From assembly GCA_041650335.1 (NCBI GenBank), contig JBAZLK010000001.1, forward strand, positions 100,940 through 164,939: 64,000 nt of DNA, written 5' to 3'. A program made the translations under genes and the position numbers. Shown here one piece after another: positions 11,068 to 21,268 of the stretch (positions within the stretch are counted from its first letter, which is position 1; each line of letters starts with the position of its first letter). The notes beneath the pieces are model-generated. The model saw nothing but the letters and a program-made list of their open reading frames with translations, was not told the origin of the DNA and did not search any database. This DNA comes from Patescibacteria group bacterium. Lineage in GTDB: Bacteria > Patescibacteriota > Patescibacteriia > JAHIZJ01.

Positions 11068-12138
11068 ATGAAAGATTTCCAGTTTCCATTTGTCAAAACG
11101 AAGGTTGAAGGGTTAACGACGAAATTTAATCTCGAGGATCCGGTCGAACGGCGGAAATATTTTGAAGCCAAGGTCGGCCCCGAGATCGAGAAGATCCGCG
11201 ACTATCTCCATGACGGCACGTTTGTGAGTTTTTTGCTTGGGAAAAAGAATTCCGGCAAGGGTACCTACTCGAAACTTTTTATGGAAGCGATCGGCCACGA
11301 ACATTTGGCGCACGTGTCCATCGGTGACGTCATCCGCAAGGCCGACCAGGACCTGCGCGACCCGGCCAAAAAAGATGCGCTGGTTGCCGAGATGCGTCGG
11401 CGGTATCGGGGGTTTATCACGATCGAAGAAGTCGTCGAAACAATCTTATCGCGCTCGCAGCAGAAGCTGCTCCCAACCGAAGCGATCCTCGCCTTGCTCG
11501 AGATTGAAATCGACCACCTCGAGCACAAAGCTGTCTTCATCGACGGTTTTCCACGCAATATGGATCAGGTTTCGCTCTCCCTCTTTTTCCGCGCCTTGAT
11601 GGGCTATCGCGACGACCCGGACTTCTTTGTCTTCATCGATTTGCCAGAGGCGGTCATTGATGAACGAATGAAGTACCGGGTGATTTGTCCGATCTGCAAG
11701 ACGCCGCGGAACATCCGACTCCTCCGCACCAAGAACGTCGGCTATGACGTGGCCACGAAAGAATTCTATCTGATGTGTGATACGCCCAGCTGTAACCAGG
11801 CTCGGATGATACCGAAAGAAGGGGACAGCCAGGGTATCGAATCGATCCGGGAGCGGATTACCATTGATGATCAGGTCATGCGGTCGCTCCTGGGTTTGCA
11901 GGGCGTACCAAAGGTGTACCTGCGAAACTCGTTGCCCGTTGATCAAGCGCGCGAGTACGTTGACGATTATGAGATTACGCCCGCCTATGCCTATCGCTAT
12001 GACGCTGCCTCGCAGCACGTGAACATAACCGAAGAGCCGTACACCGCGGCTGACGATGACGGGAAGAAATCATACAGCTTGTTGCCGCCGCCGGTGGTCG
12101 TGGCGTTAATCAAGCAAGTTGCTCAAATTCTCCCCTGA
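11068..12138 (+). CDS. Divergent nucleoside-monophosphate (adenylate) kinase-like protein with Cys4 LID-like segment and a C-terminal extension
   Basis: P-loop GKKNSGKGT, a DGFPRN motif, C-x2-C...C-x4-C and an R..DD segment arranged as in adenylate kinase; 356 aa. Confidence 0.5.
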   Translation: MKDFQFPFVKTKVEGLTTKFNLEDPVERRKYFEAKVGPEIEKIRDYLHDGTFVSFLLGKKNSGKGTYSKLFMEAIGHEHLAHVSIGDVIRKADQDLRDPAKKDALVAEMRRRYRGFITIEEVVETILSRSQQKLLPTEAILALLEIEIDHLEHKAVFIDGFPRNMDQVSLSLFFRALMGYRDDPDFFVFIDLPEAVIDERMKYRVICPICKTPRNIRLLRTKNVGYDVATKEFYLMCDTPSCNQARMIPKEGDSQGIESIRERITIDDQVMRSLLGLQGVPKVYLRNSLPVDQAREYVDDYEITPAYAYRYDAASQHVNITEEPYTAADDDGKKSYSLLPPPVVVALIKQVAQILP

Positions 12139-12265
12139 CCAGAATACGTCAATATCTGGATGAAATAAAAAATCTGGCCGGCAACGGACAGGTTTTTTAC
12201 GCCGGTTTGTCCCCCGGCGATATCATGATATACTAGGAATAGGTTTTTGTACGCGATTGTCCAAT

Positions 12266-12342
12266 TGGTCGGGGTAGTGGGACTCGAACCCACGACCTCA
12301 TGCACCCCATGCATGCGCGCTAGCCAACTGCGCCATACCCCG
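12266..12342 (-). tRNA. tRNA-Pro (anticodon GGG), CCA encoded
   Basis: A manual cloverleaf fits: acceptor CGGGGTA/TACCCCG, D-arm GCGC..GCGC, anticodon stem CATGC/GCATG with loop AUGGGGU, T-arm GTGGG-TTCGAGT-CCCAC, then ACCA. Confidence 0.85.
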
Positions 12343-12362
12343 GACAGCTGGAGGCAAAACCG

Positions 12363-12539
12363 TTAGTGCGCTTTTTTTGTCTGGGTTTTCAGACAGCTGG
12401 AACAAACGGACAAGCGCTGACCGTCAATAACACGCGTCTGAAGATTGATGAACTTTCGCCGTTTGGTGGCAATGTTTGAATGACTGCGCGAAACCGAGAC
12501 TGTGGAGCCGCGGTGGCAGAGATCACATGATCGAGACAT
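12363..12539 (-). CDS. rpmB: Ribosomal protein L28
   Basis: MSRSCDLCHRG..SHSNIATKRRKFINLQ matches the L28 family; the internal Met at 12539 was chosen over the ORF start at 12566. Confidence 0.7.
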   Translation of the reverse strand: MSRSCDLCHRGSTVSVSRSHSNIATKRRKFINLQTRVIDGQRLSVCSSCLKTQTKKAH

Positions 12540-12605
12540 ACGGAATTTGTTTAGCAATATAATCAACCGTCAGAATATCACATCGGCTATAAATAATCAA
12601 GTCTC

Positions 12606-13226
12606 ATGCTCATCCAATATTTATTTCAAAACCCAAGCTACTTCATCACCTGGTTATTCGCGATCGTTGTCGGTATCAGCGTGCACGAGTTCTTCCACGC
12701 CTGGGCAGCTTATCTGCAGGGCGATCGGACGGCGCAATACGCCGGCCGGCTCACCTTAAATCCGCTCGCCCACCTGGATCCGCTCGGCAGCGCCATGCTG
12801 TTGTTCCTCGGTTTTGGCTATGGTAAGCCTGTACCCTTTAATCCGAATAACCTCCGCAACCGTCAATATGGCCCGGCTCTCGTTGGAGCGGCCGGCCCGT
12901 TTTCAAACCTTCTCATGATTTTCGTGTTTGGTCTAACGCTTCGATTTTTGCTGCCGGTCCTCGGTGATAGCAACCTCCTGTCACTCTTTCTCTATAATCT
13001 CGTCCAGGTGAATGTCATTTTGCTCGTGTTTAATCTTTTTCCTATCCCGCCGCTCGATGGTTCAAAAGTCCTTTTTGCCATCTTGCCGAAATCGCTGGAA
13101 AATGTACGGATATTCCTTGAGCAGTATGGTCCGTGGGTCCTCTTGGCGCTGCTCTTCTTTGGGCAAGGCATTTTCACCCCGATTTTTGATTATTTCCGCA
13201 ATCTTTCCCACCTCCTCATTATCTAA
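12606..13226 (+). CDS. Site-2 protease family (M50-like) membrane metalloprotease, short form
   Basis: HEFFHAWAA (HExxH) and NLFPIPPLDGSK motifs with multiple TM segments. Confidence 0.7.
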   Translation: MLIQYLFQNPSYFITWLFAIVVGISVHEFFHAWAAYLQGDRTAQYAGRLTLNPLAHLDPLGSAMLLFLGFGYGKPVPFNPNNLRNRQYGPALVGAAGPFSNLLMIFVFGLTLRFLLPVLGDSNLLSLFLYNLVQVNVILLVFNLFPIPPLDGSKVLFAILPKSLENVRIFLEQYGPWVLLALLFFGQGIFTPIFDYFRNLSHLLII

Positions 13227-13308
13227 TAATTTACAGCTTGCTTCGGTAATTCAAGTCTGCCTGGCGCGGCGCATTTGATCGACGATCGGCGCCGGCCGGA
13301 GTTCAGGG

Positions 13309-13337
13309 TTGACGCGCGCTGAAACGCGTGGTATTCT
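13309..13337 (+). promoter_or_regulatory. Promoter TTGACG-N17-TGGTATTCT upstream of rpsL
   Basis: Consensus -35 and extended -10 about 45 nt upstream of rpsL. Confidence 0.45.
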
Positions 13338-13376
13338 GTGGGGGAAATTCTTGTTAACGAATTTTAAAAGGTCTCG

Positions 13377-13796
13377 ATGCCAACAATTCACCAGCTTGTC
13401 CGAAAAGGACGAAAAACCATTAGCAAAAAGTCAAAGACGCCGGCCCTGCGGAGCGTTTTAAATGCCTTAAAGCGCCGACGGGCGGATTTACCGAAGGGGA
13501 GTCCGTTTAAACGCGGGGTGTGCGTTAAAGTGACCACCATGACGCCAAAAAAGCCGAACTCGGCCTTGCGGAAAATTGCCCGTGTGAAGCTCTCGAACGG
13601 CATGGAGGTGACGGCCTATATCCCTGGGATTGGCCACAATCTTCAAGAACACTCGATTGTTCTGCTGCGCGGCGGACGCGTGAAAGATCTGCCGGGCGTC
13701 CGTTATCACGTCATCCGCGGCGTGTACGATACCCTGGGCGTGGAAGGTCGGAAACAGGGCCGAAGCCTCTACGGTGCGAAACGTGAAAAATCCTAA
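13377..13796 (+). CDS. rpsL: Ribosomal protein S12
   Basis: [11 protein letters not shown]...[23 protein letters not shown]; carries a short lineage-specific insertion. Confidence 0.95.
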   Translation: MPTIHQLVRKGRKTISKKSKTPALRSVLNALKRRRADLPKGSPFKRGVCVKVTTMTPKKPNSALRKIARVKLSNGMEVTAYIPGIGHNLQEHSIVLLRGGRVKDLPGVRYHVIRGVYDTLGVEGRKQGRSLYGAKREKS

Positions 13797-13809
13797 ATTG
13801 TAACATATT

Positions 13810-14274
13810 ATGCGATCAAAACGAGCTCCAAAAAAGATACTCTTACCGGATCCGAAATTCAATAACTTGACGATTTCGAAATTTGTGAATCACGTCATGG
13901 AGCGCGGTAAGAAAACCGTTGCCCAAGGGATCGTTTACGATATGTTTGAAGCGATTTCCCGGCAGACCAAGAAAGACCCGCTGGACGTTTTCGATCTCGC
14001 GATCAGGAATGTAACACCCCTCTTGGAAGTAAAATCGCGACGGATCGGTGGTGCCAACTATCAGATCCCGATGGAGGTGCGCGGCGACCGGAAAATGTAT
14101 CTGGCTATGAACTGGATCATCGGCGCTGCCAAAGCGAAAAAGGGAAAGCCGATGTCTGAACGGCTCGCCGAGGAAATTACTGCAGCCGCCGAAAACCAAG
14201 GCGACGCGATTAAGAAAAAAGAAGATGTCCATCGGATGGCGGAAGCAAACCGAGCCTTTGCCCATTTTGCCTAA
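13810..14274 (+). CDS. rpsG: Ribosomal protein S7
   Basis: Conserved S7 sequence. Confidence 0.95.
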   Translation: MRSKRAPKKILLPDPKFNNLTISKFVNHVMERGKKTVAQGIVYDMFEAISRQTKKDPLDVFDLAIRNVTPLLEVKSRRIGGANYQIPMEVRGDRKMYLAMNWIIGAAKAKKGKPMSERLAEEITAAAENQGDAIKKKEDVHRMAEANRAFAHFA

Positions 14275-14278
14275 GGGT

Positions 14279-14926
14279 ATGAAATATAAACGACCGGTCT
14301 ACCTTTTTTTAATTGTTATTCTGGTCGCGCTTGTTACGTACGGGATTTTATATACTCGGAAACACGTCGAGACAAAAACCTCGTTTTCAGACTTCCAGCT
14401 ACAAAATCCGTCGGAACGCGACGCCGCGTTTTCCGCTCGTTTGGCTGAAGCTATAGATAAAGCCACCGCGGAATGGCACAGCGATGCGGCCTTAGTGGCC
14501 GTTAACATCGTTTTTAATGGCGCAAAAATATCTGACATGAATCCTCCGGTTGCCTTCTTTGTTTCAGAGGAGGACCAGTACGCGCACGACTACACCATAG
14601 AATTCAAATCCGATTTTAGCGCCCTCGGTTTAGCGGAAGAGACAGAAAAGTCGCAAAGTTATCAGGAGACGCTCTATACCGAATTTTTTCCCGAGGACTA
14701 TAAACTTGGCTACGCTCAAATTCTTGAAATTGCCGACGGACTGGGCGGCGCAAATTTCCGTTCGCAGCACCCGTTGTCGCAGTTATTACTCGAGCTATCG
14801 AAAAACCCTCAGTACGGCGTCGAGTGGTCGCTATATTATACGGATATAAAAGACGGGAAAAAGGGCGCGACCTACAATCTCTTTTTCGATGCCACAACCG
14901 GACGATTAAAAAAATCTAATTCCTAA
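14279..14926 (+). CDS. Hypothetical membrane-anchored protein inserted between rpsG and fusA
   Basis: ORF with TM helix (VYLFLIVILVALVTYGILY); start at the ATG at 14279, preceded by AAGGG. Confidence 0.5.
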   Translation: MKYKRPVYLFLIVILVALVTYGILYTRKHVETKTSFSDFQLQNPSERDAAFSARLAEAIDKATAEWHSDAALVAVNIVFNGAKISDMNPPVAFFVSEEDQYAHDYTIEFKSDFSALGLAEETEKSQSYQETLYTEFFPEDYKLGYAQILEIADGLGGANFRSQHPLSQLLLELSKNPQYGVEWSLYYTDIKDGKKGATYNLFFDATTGRLKKSNS

Positions 14927-14947
14927 TACGAATAAAGGAGAATTAAC

Positions 14948-17035
14948 GTGCCACGCGAGTACACGCTAGAAAAAACACGCAACATTGGAATCATTGCCCA
15001 CATTGATGCCGGGAAGACGACAGTCAGCGAACGGATATTATTTTATACGGGCAAAAAACATAAGATCGGCGAGGTCCATGAGGGCGAGGCGGAGATGGAC
15101 TGGATGGAACAGGAACGAGAGCGGGGTATTACGATCACCGCCGCCGCCACCACCTGTTTCTGGAAAGATCACCGGATTAACATTATTGATACGCCGGGAC
15201 ATATCGATTTTACCGTCGAGGTGCAGCGTAGCTTGCGCGTTCTCGATGGCGGCGTGGTCGTGTTTGACGGCGTGGCCGGCGTTGAACCGCAGTCCGAGAC
15301 CGTCTGGCATCAAGCGGAAAAGTTTAAAGTACCCTTGATCGCGTTTGTGAATAAACTGGACCGGACAGGCGCGGATTTTTACGCCGACGTGGCATCTATT
15401 CATGAGCGTTTAACGCCGAACGCCCATCCGTTGCAGCTGCCGATCGGCGCCGAGGATAAATTCAAAGGCATCATCGACCTTTTTGCTATGCAAGCCAGGC
15501 TCTATAAAGATGAGCTGGGCAAAGAATGGGAAGACACAGAGGTACCGGCGGAATTGCTCGAAAAAGCCAAGGAATACCGGGCTAAACTCGTCGAAGCCAT
15601 CGCCGAACACGACGATGAGCTTTTGCCGCGGTTTCTTGACGGTAAGGAAATATCCGTCGAGGACCTGAAACGCGTCTTACGGAAAGCAACCATTGAGAAT
15701 AAAATCGTTCCGATATTATGCGGTTCGGCGTTGAAGAACAAAGGCGTCCAGTTTTTGCTTGACGCGGTCAATGATTATCTGCCGTCGCCGCTCGATGTGC
15801 CGCCGGTGAAGGGGAGTAATCCGAAGACCAAGGCGGAAGAGGAACGGCCAGCTGACGATAGCGCGCCATTTGCGGCCCTGGCATTCAAGGTCGCCAGCGA
15901 CCCGTATGTCGGCAAACTGTGTTTCTTCCGGGTGTATTCCGGGAAGATGGGAGCCGGTTCGTATGTTTTGAATACCTCGACCGGAGAGAAGGAGCGTATC
16001 GGCCGGATCGTCCGAATGCACGCCAACGATCGCGAAGAAGTCTCCGAGGTCTTCGCCGGCGATATCGCCGGCGCCGTCGGGTTAAAACGCACCGCCACCG
16101 GCCAGACACTCTGCGATCCCGATCATCCGATCGTGCTTGAATCGATTAATTTCCCCGAACCCGTCATTTCCATGGCGATTGAGCCGAAGACAAAAGCCGA
16201 CCAAGAAAAGATGGGCTTGGCGTTGGCGCGCTTAGTCGAAGAAGATCCGACCTTCCGGGTACGGACGGACGAGGAAACCAACCAAACCATTATTGCCGGT
16301 ATGGGCGAGCTTCATTTGGAAATCATCGTTGACCGGATGAAGCGGGAGTTCAACGTCCAGGCCAACACCGGCAGCCCCCAGGTCGCCTATAAAGAAACCA
16401 TTCTCGGCCAGGCTGAAGCCGAGGGGAAATATATCAGACAATCGGGCGGACGCGGCCAATACGGCCATTGCTGGCTGCGCGTCCAGCCGCTGGAACGAGG
16501 CAAAGGATTCGAATTTATCGACGAGGTGAAGGGCGGCGTCATCCCGAAAGAATATATTATGCCAATTCAGAAGGGCGTTGTGGAAGCATTGGCCAACGGC
16601 GTAGTCGCCGGCTATCCGATGGTTGATGTGATGGCGACCGTCTATGACGGCAGCTACCACGAAGTCGATTCGTCTGAGGCGGCTTTTAAAATTGCCGGTT
16701 CGATTGCCGTCCAGGAGGCGTGCCGTCGAGCCAAGCCGATTCTCCTTGAACCGATTGTGAAGGTCGAGGTCATCGTGCCGGAGCAGTATATGGGCGAGGT
16801 GATTGGTGATCTCAATTCAAAGCGCGGACAGATCCAGGAAATGCGTGATCGCGGCAACATGAAGATTATCGACGCGAAAGTACCGCTCGCCGAAATGTTC
16901 GGTTACGCCACGCAGCTTCGATCGATGACTCAGGGTCGCGGCACGTATAATATGGAATTTGAAGAGTACAGTCAGGTACCGCACGCGATCGCCGAGCAAT
17001 TGCGCGAAGGCTATATCGCCAAGAAAAATGAATAA
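14948..17035 (+). CDS. fusA: Elongation factor G
   Basis: [17 protein letters not shown] and NKLD motifs; GTG start preceded by AAAGGAG. Confidence 0.95.
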   Translation: MPREYTLEKTRNIGIIAHIDAGKTTVSERILFYTGKKHKIGEVHEGEAEMDWMEQERERGITITAAATTCFWKDHRINIIDTPGHIDFTVEVQRSLRVLDGGVVVFDGVAGVEPQSETVWHQAEKFKVPLIAFVNKLDRTGADFYADVASIHERLTPNAHPLQLPIGAEDKFKGIIDLFAMQARLYKDELGKEWEDTEVPAELLEKAKEYRAKLVEAIAEHDDELLPRFLDGKEISVEDLKRVLRKATIENKIVPILCGSALKNKGVQFLLDAVNDYLPSPLDVPPVKGSNPKTKAEEERPADDSAPFAALAFKVASDPYVGKLCFFRVYSGKMGAGSYVLNTSTGEKERIGRIVRMHANDREEVSEVFAGDIAGAVGLKRTATGQTLCDPDHPIVLESINFPEPVISMAIEPKTKADQEKMGLALARLVEEDPTFRVRTDEETNQTIIAGMGELHLEIIVDRMKREFNVQANTGSPQVAYKETILGQAEAEGKYIRQSGGRGQYGHCWLRVQPLERGKGFEFIDEVKGGVIPKEYIMPIQKGVVEALANGVVAGYPMVDVMATVYDGSYHEVDSSEAAFKIAGSIAVQEACRRAKPILLEPIVKVEVIVPEQYMGEVIGDLNSKRGQIQEMRDRGNMKIIDAKVPLAEMFGYATQLRSMTQGRGTYNMEFEEYSQVPHAIAEQLREGYIAKKNE

Positions 17036-17058
17036 GTAGTAACCCAAAGGAGGAAACC

Positions 17059-17610
17059 ATGGCCAGATTGCGCATTAAACCAATTAACGGCATCATCATT
17101 CTTCTTCTGTTAGCCATCGGGGGTGGGTATGGAATTTATACCATGGCGAGCGTAACTGACCAGGCGCAACTCGGTCTGCGGGTGATCAGTCGGAATATTC
17201 CCTCCAACGGAAACGCCGCGGGTGAAGCAAATACGTACGTGAACACTCAGTACGGCATTCAACTGACGCAGCCAGACGGTTGGAACGTAGTTGAAACGAC
17301 ACCGATCGGCCTTACTGAGGCGGCGCTGACGGTGACGCTCACTGATCCGCTGTCGACAAATCGAATGATTTTTTCAATTTTGCAACCGTCTATGAAAGAA
17401 ACGCTGCGGAGTTCGCTCAGCATCGAAAGCGAAGGAACGGCCATGCTTGGCACGCTCACGGCTGAAAAATGGGTCGGTGAAGACCAAAAGGATGGTTCGC
17501 CGGTAACCATTGTCACCGCCGAATCCAATGGACGGCTTTACGAAGTAACAAGCTATGCGCCAGCTGAAACGCTTGACAGTTTTCTCTCAGCGTTTAAGAT
17601 AGTACAATAG
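17059..17610 (+). CDS. Hypothetical membrane-anchored/secreted protein inserted between fusA and tuf
   Basis: Strong Shine-Dalgarno AAAGGAGG; N-terminal TM helix IIILLLLAIGGGYGIY. Confidence 0.55.
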   Translation: MARLRIKPINGIIILLLLAIGGGYGIYTMASVTDQAQLGLRVISRNIPSNGNAAGEANTYVNTQYGIQLTQPDGWNVVETTPIGLTEAALTVTLTDPLSTNRMIFSILQPSMKETLRSSLSIESEGTAMLGTLTAEKWVGEDQKDGSPVTIVTAESNGRLYEVTSYAPAETLDSFLSAFKIVQ

Positions 17611-17676
17611 GTAAAACAAACACTAAGCAAATATTAGCCAAATAATAGCAATATAGGAGTAAGTACCTACCCATAC

Positions 17677-17705
17677 TTGTCAAAAAACAAACCCTTTGCT
17701 ATAAT
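17677..17705 (+). promoter_or_regulatory. Promoter TTGTCA-N17-TATAAT upstream of tuf
   Basis: Consensus hexamers about 80 nt upstream of tuf; AGAGGAG Shine-Dalgarno motif. Confidence 0.5.
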
Positions 17706-17786
17706 CAGTTGTGCTAATATATTTTCTAAGAATAATAAGCATTTCGCGGGTATATCAACGCCCGTGACAATTAGAGGAGTATCATT

Positions 17787-18971
17787 ATGGCAGAAAAATT
17801 TGAGCGAACTAAGCCGCACGTCAACGTCGGAACGATCGGACACGTTGATCATGGAAAAACAACGTTGACCGCGGCCATCCTGAGCGTTTTGCGCTCCAAA
17901 GGGATGAAAGCTCAAGAAAAGTCCGTCGACCAAATCGATAACGCGCCCGAGGAACGGGAGCGCGGTATTACCATTGCGACGGCGCACGTCGAATACGAAA
18001 CCGATAAACGGCACTACGCCCATATCGACTGTCCGGGTCATGCTGATTATATCAAGAATATGATTACCGGCGCTGCCCAGATGGACGGGGCGATTCTGGT
18101 CGTTTCCGCGGCTGACGGCCCCATGCCCCAGACGCGTGAACACATTCTGCTGGCCCGCCAAACCGGCGTACCGGCGATTGTGGTTTTCTTGAATAAAGTC
18201 GATCAAGTTGATGACAAAGAGCTGATTGACTTGGTTGAGGTTGAAATCCGCGATCTCTTGAAGAAATACAAATACCCTGGCGACAAGATCCCGGTCATCA
18301 AGGGTTCGGCCCTGAAAGCGCTCGAAGGCGATGCGGATGCGCAAAAGTCTATTATGGAGTTGATTGAGGCGCTCGACAGCTATATTCCGGAGCCTGAACG
18401 CCCGGTTGACCAACCCTTCCTGATGCCGATTGAGGATATTTTCTCGATTGAAGGCCGCGGCACGGTTGTGACCGGCCGGATCTCCAGTGGCACAATCAAA
18501 CTGAACGAAGACGTGGAAATTGTGGGCATTAAACCGACGCAAAAGACAGTCGTAACCGGCATTGAAATGTTCAACAAATCGTTGGACGAAGGCCGGGCTG
18601 GCGACAACGCCGGACTGCTCCTGCGCGGCACGAAGAAAGAGGATGTTGAACGAGGACAGGTCTTGGCCAAGCCGGGCTCGATCACCCCACACACTGAATT
18701 TGAGGCTGAGGTCTATATTCTGACCAAAGAAGAGGGTGGACGCCATACCCCGTTTTTCACTGGTTATAAGCCCCAATTCTATATCCGCACGACCGATGTA
18801 ACAGGCGATGTCACCTTGCCGGAAAAGACCGAAATGGTCATGCCCGGCGATACGGTAAACATTATCGTGAAACTCATCGCCCCGGTAGCGCTTCAGGAAA
18901 AGGTGAGCTTCTCGATTCGCGAAGGCGGACACACGGTGGGCGCAGGCGTTGTAACAAAAATAATTAAATAA
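17787..18971 (+). CDS. tuf: Elongation factor Tu
   Basis: [18 protein letters not shown] and NKVD motifs. Confidence 0.95.
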   Translation: MAEKFERTKPHVNVGTIGHVDHGKTTLTAAILSVLRSKGMKAQEKSVDQIDNAPEERERGITIATAHVEYETDKRHYAHIDCPGHADYIKNMITGAAQMDGAILVVSAADGPMPQTREHILLARQTGVPAIVVFLNKVDQVDDKELIDLVEVEIRDLLKKYKYPGDKIPVIKGSALKALEGDADAQKSIMELIEALDSYIPEPERPVDQPFLMPIEDIFSIEGRGTVVTGRISSGTIKLNEDVEIVGIKPTQKTVVTGIEMFNKSLDEGRAGDNAGLLLRGTKKEDVERGQVLAKPGSITPHTEFEAEVYILTKEEGGRHTPFFTGYKPQFYIRTTDVTGDVTLPEKTEMVMPGDTVNIIVKLIAPVALQEKVSFSIREGGHTVGAGVVTKIIK

Positions 18972-19018
18972 AGTACGTCGGAGCGATAACCCGGAACATT
19001 AACAAGTTGAGCGAAGGT

Positions 19019-19357
19019 ATGCCACAAGAGACGAAGAACGGTGCAGTCGAAGAGAAACAGCGGATTCGGATAAAGATCCGGGCTTATGATCACAAAATCA
19101 TTGATCAGTCGACCCGGACGATTATTGATACCGCCGAGCGGAGCGGTGCCCAAGTAAACGGCCCGATTCCGCTGCCGACGGAAAAAAGCAAGTATACTGT
19201 TATTCGCTCTCCCTTCGTTCACAAAAACTCCCGCGAGCAGTTTGAGATGCGCGTGCACAAGCGGTTGATCGATATCATTAATCCAACCGCGAAAACCGTC
19301 GATTCACTGATGAGTCTCAATTTGCCAGCGGGCGTCGACATCGAAATTAAAATGTAA
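19019..19357 (+). CDS. rpsJ: Ribosomal protein S10
   Basis: [17 protein letters not shown]; start uncertain between the ATG at 19019 and the TTG at 19007. Confidence 0.85.
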   Translation: MPQETKNGAVEEKQRIRIKIRAYDHKIIDQSTRTIIDTAERSGAQVNGPIPLPTEKSKYTVIRSPFVHKNSREQFEMRVHKRLIDIINPTAKTVDSLMSLNLPAGVDIEIKM

Positions 19358-19554
19358 CTTCGACAAGAGAATATCGGCCTACCTACGCGCAGACGCTTCG
19401 GTGGGCAGGTAAATAGGTTCTGAGGATGATAATACACGTTCTCGCGCCAACGGGTGTTTGAACAGCCAATCCTCAGATAACGATTTGCCAGCGTAAAAAG
19501 ACCGGAGCATTCTGGATTTTTCCTGGCGTACCCGGTTTTTTTGTTACCACAACA

Positions 19555-20166
19555 ATGAAATTCATTCTCGGAAAAAAAATAGGCATGTCCCAGCGGTTTC
19601 TGGAAAACGGCAACGTTGTTCCAGTGACCGTGGTTCAGGCTGGCCCATGTGTCGTCGCGACCGTCCGAACGAAGGACACGGACGGGTATCAAGCGGTTCA
19701 GCTTGGTTTCGGCGAGAAAAAACGCCTCTCCAAACCGCTGAAGGGCAGCCTCAAGGATTTACCGTTATTGCGCTATCTCCGTGAATTCCGAGTTGAAGCC
19801 GACGCAACCTATAAAAAGGGCGACAAAATTACCGTTGAGACATTTGCGGTCGGCGATACGATAAAAGTCACCGGTACGGCCAAAGGAAAGGGATTTCAGG
19901 GCGTGGTCAAACGGCATCATTTCGGCGGCGGTCCAGCGTCCCATGGCCATAAGGATAATCTCCGCGCCCCTGGTTCAATCGGGGCAACCAACGCCGGCCA
20001 CGTGTTTAAAGGCACTCGGATGGCTGGGCGGATGGGCGGCCAAACGACAACCCTGCGCAATTTGACAGTTGTTGAAGTGGATGTGACCAAGAACCTTTTG
20101 TTTATTAAAGGCGCAGTACCGGGTGCCCGACATGCGCTTTTGAAAATTCAGACTATTGAGAAATAG
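19555..20166 (+). CDS. rplC: Ribosomal protein L3
   Basis: Conserved L3 sequence. Confidence 0.9.
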   Translation: MKFILGKKIGMSQRFLENGNVVPVTVVQAGPCVVATVRTKDTDGYQAVQLGFGEKKRLSKPLKGSLKDLPLLRYLREFRVEADATYKKGDKITVETFAVGDTIKVTGTAKGKGFQGVVKRHHFGGGPASHGHKDNLRAPGSIGATNAGHVFKGTRMAGRMGGQTTTLRNLTVVEVDVTKNLLFIKGAVPGARHALLKIQTIEK

Positions 20167-20168
20167 CC

Positions 20169-20801
20169 ATGCTGGAAATCGAGATAAAAGATCACGCCGG
20201 GAAGAACGTTGGCCAGACAAAACTGGATCCGAAAATTTTTGATGTTCCGGCGAACCCCGAAGTGATCTACCAAGTTACGGTAGCCTATCAAGCGAACAGC
20301 CGCCATCCGATCGCTCATACGAAAGATCGTTCCGAGGTGCGCGGCGGCGGACGCAAGCCCTGGAAGCAGAAGGGGACTGGTCGCGCCCGGCAAGGCTCGA
20401 TCCGATCACCGCAGTGGCGTGGTGGCGGCGTAGTCTTTGGTCCGCGCAATACCCGGAACTTTTCAAAGCTGGTGAACAGAAAGGTCAAACGCTTGGCGCT
20501 GTTTATGTCATTGAGCGAACGATTGCGCCATAAAAAAATGACCGTCCTGCAAACCATCGAAATGGCCAAACCAAAAACAAAAACAATCGCCACAATTTTG
20601 AAAAACCTGAAAATTACCGGCGCGCTCTTGGTCATTCCAAAGAAGGATGACGCCATCCAGCGCTCAGTCAGAAACCTGCCAAAATGCAGTGTTTTGCCGG
20701 CAAACAGCCTCAATGCCTACGAAGTATTGAAATACCGACAGCTGATTATTCTCGAACCGGCCCTGCCCGAGATATCGAAACACTTTCTTCACGCCAACTA
20801 A
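20169..20801 (+). CDS. rplD: Ribosomal protein L4
   Basis: Conserved L4 sequence. Confidence 0.9.
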   Translation: MLEIEIKDHAGKNVGQTKLDPKIFDVPANPEVIYQVTVAYQANSRHPIAHTKDRSEVRGGGRKPWKQKGTGRARQGSIRSPQWRGGGVVFGPRNTRNFSKLVNRKVKRLALFMSLSERLRHKKMTVLQTIEMAKPKTKTIATILKNLKITGALLVIPKKDDAIQRSVRNLPKCSVLPANSLNAYEVLKYRQLIILEPALPEISKHFLHAN

Positions 20802-20804
20802 TTT

Positions 20805-21266
20805 ATGGGAATATTAGATCGATTCAAAAAGAAATCCCCGACCCAACCCGCCCCGCGCCAACCGGAACGGAAGATTGAAGCTGTTGAAAAAAAGACCGCT
20901 GAGGTTAAAAAGGCGGAACCGAAGAAGGCTGAACTGAAAAAAACACCCGTTCGTCCGACACACGTGGCCAAGAAGAAACATCCTGAATCGGAACGGTCAA
21001 TCATAAAGCCGATCATTACTGAAAAAGCGACGAATCTGGGCGCTGACAGAAAATATATATTTGAAGTAGCAACCGGCGCGAATCGGATTGAGATCGCCAA
21101 GGCGGTTGAAAGCCTCTATGGCGTCCAGCCGCTGAAAGTGAATATTATTAGACAGGGTGGCAAACAGATACGCTATGGACGAGCTGAAGGACGGACCAAG
21201 GACAGAAAAAAAGCGATTGTGACGTTACGAGAAGGGGAGAGCATTAAAATCCAAGACGGAGTTTAA
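20805..21266 (+). CDS. rplW: Ribosomal protein L23 with a Lys/Ala/Glu-rich N-terminal extension of about 60 aa
   Basis: The C-terminal 95 aa match L23; the N-terminal [18 protein letters not shown] region is an extension. Confidence 0.85.
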   Translation: MGILDRFKKKSPTQPAPRQPERKIEAVEKKTAEVKKAEPKKAELKKTPVRPTHVAKKKHPESERSIIKPIITEKATNLGADRKYIFEVATGANRIEIAKAVESLYGVQPLKVNIIRQGGKQIRYGRAEGRTKDRKKAIVTLREGESIKIQDGV

Positions 21267-21268
21267 TA

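Noticed and set aside
17667-18932. 421-aa ORF on the minus strand
   Set aside because: It lies entirely antisense to tuf, an unmistakable EF-Tu. It has no recognisable motifs, so it is a typical GC-rich shadow ORF.
19219-19692. 157-aa minus-strand ORF spanning the rpsJ-rplC spacer
   Set aside because: It overlaps the 3' end of rpsJ and the 5' end of rplC on the opposite strand. It is Cys/Arg-rich with no motif, and the spacer is better explained as structured non-coding RNA.
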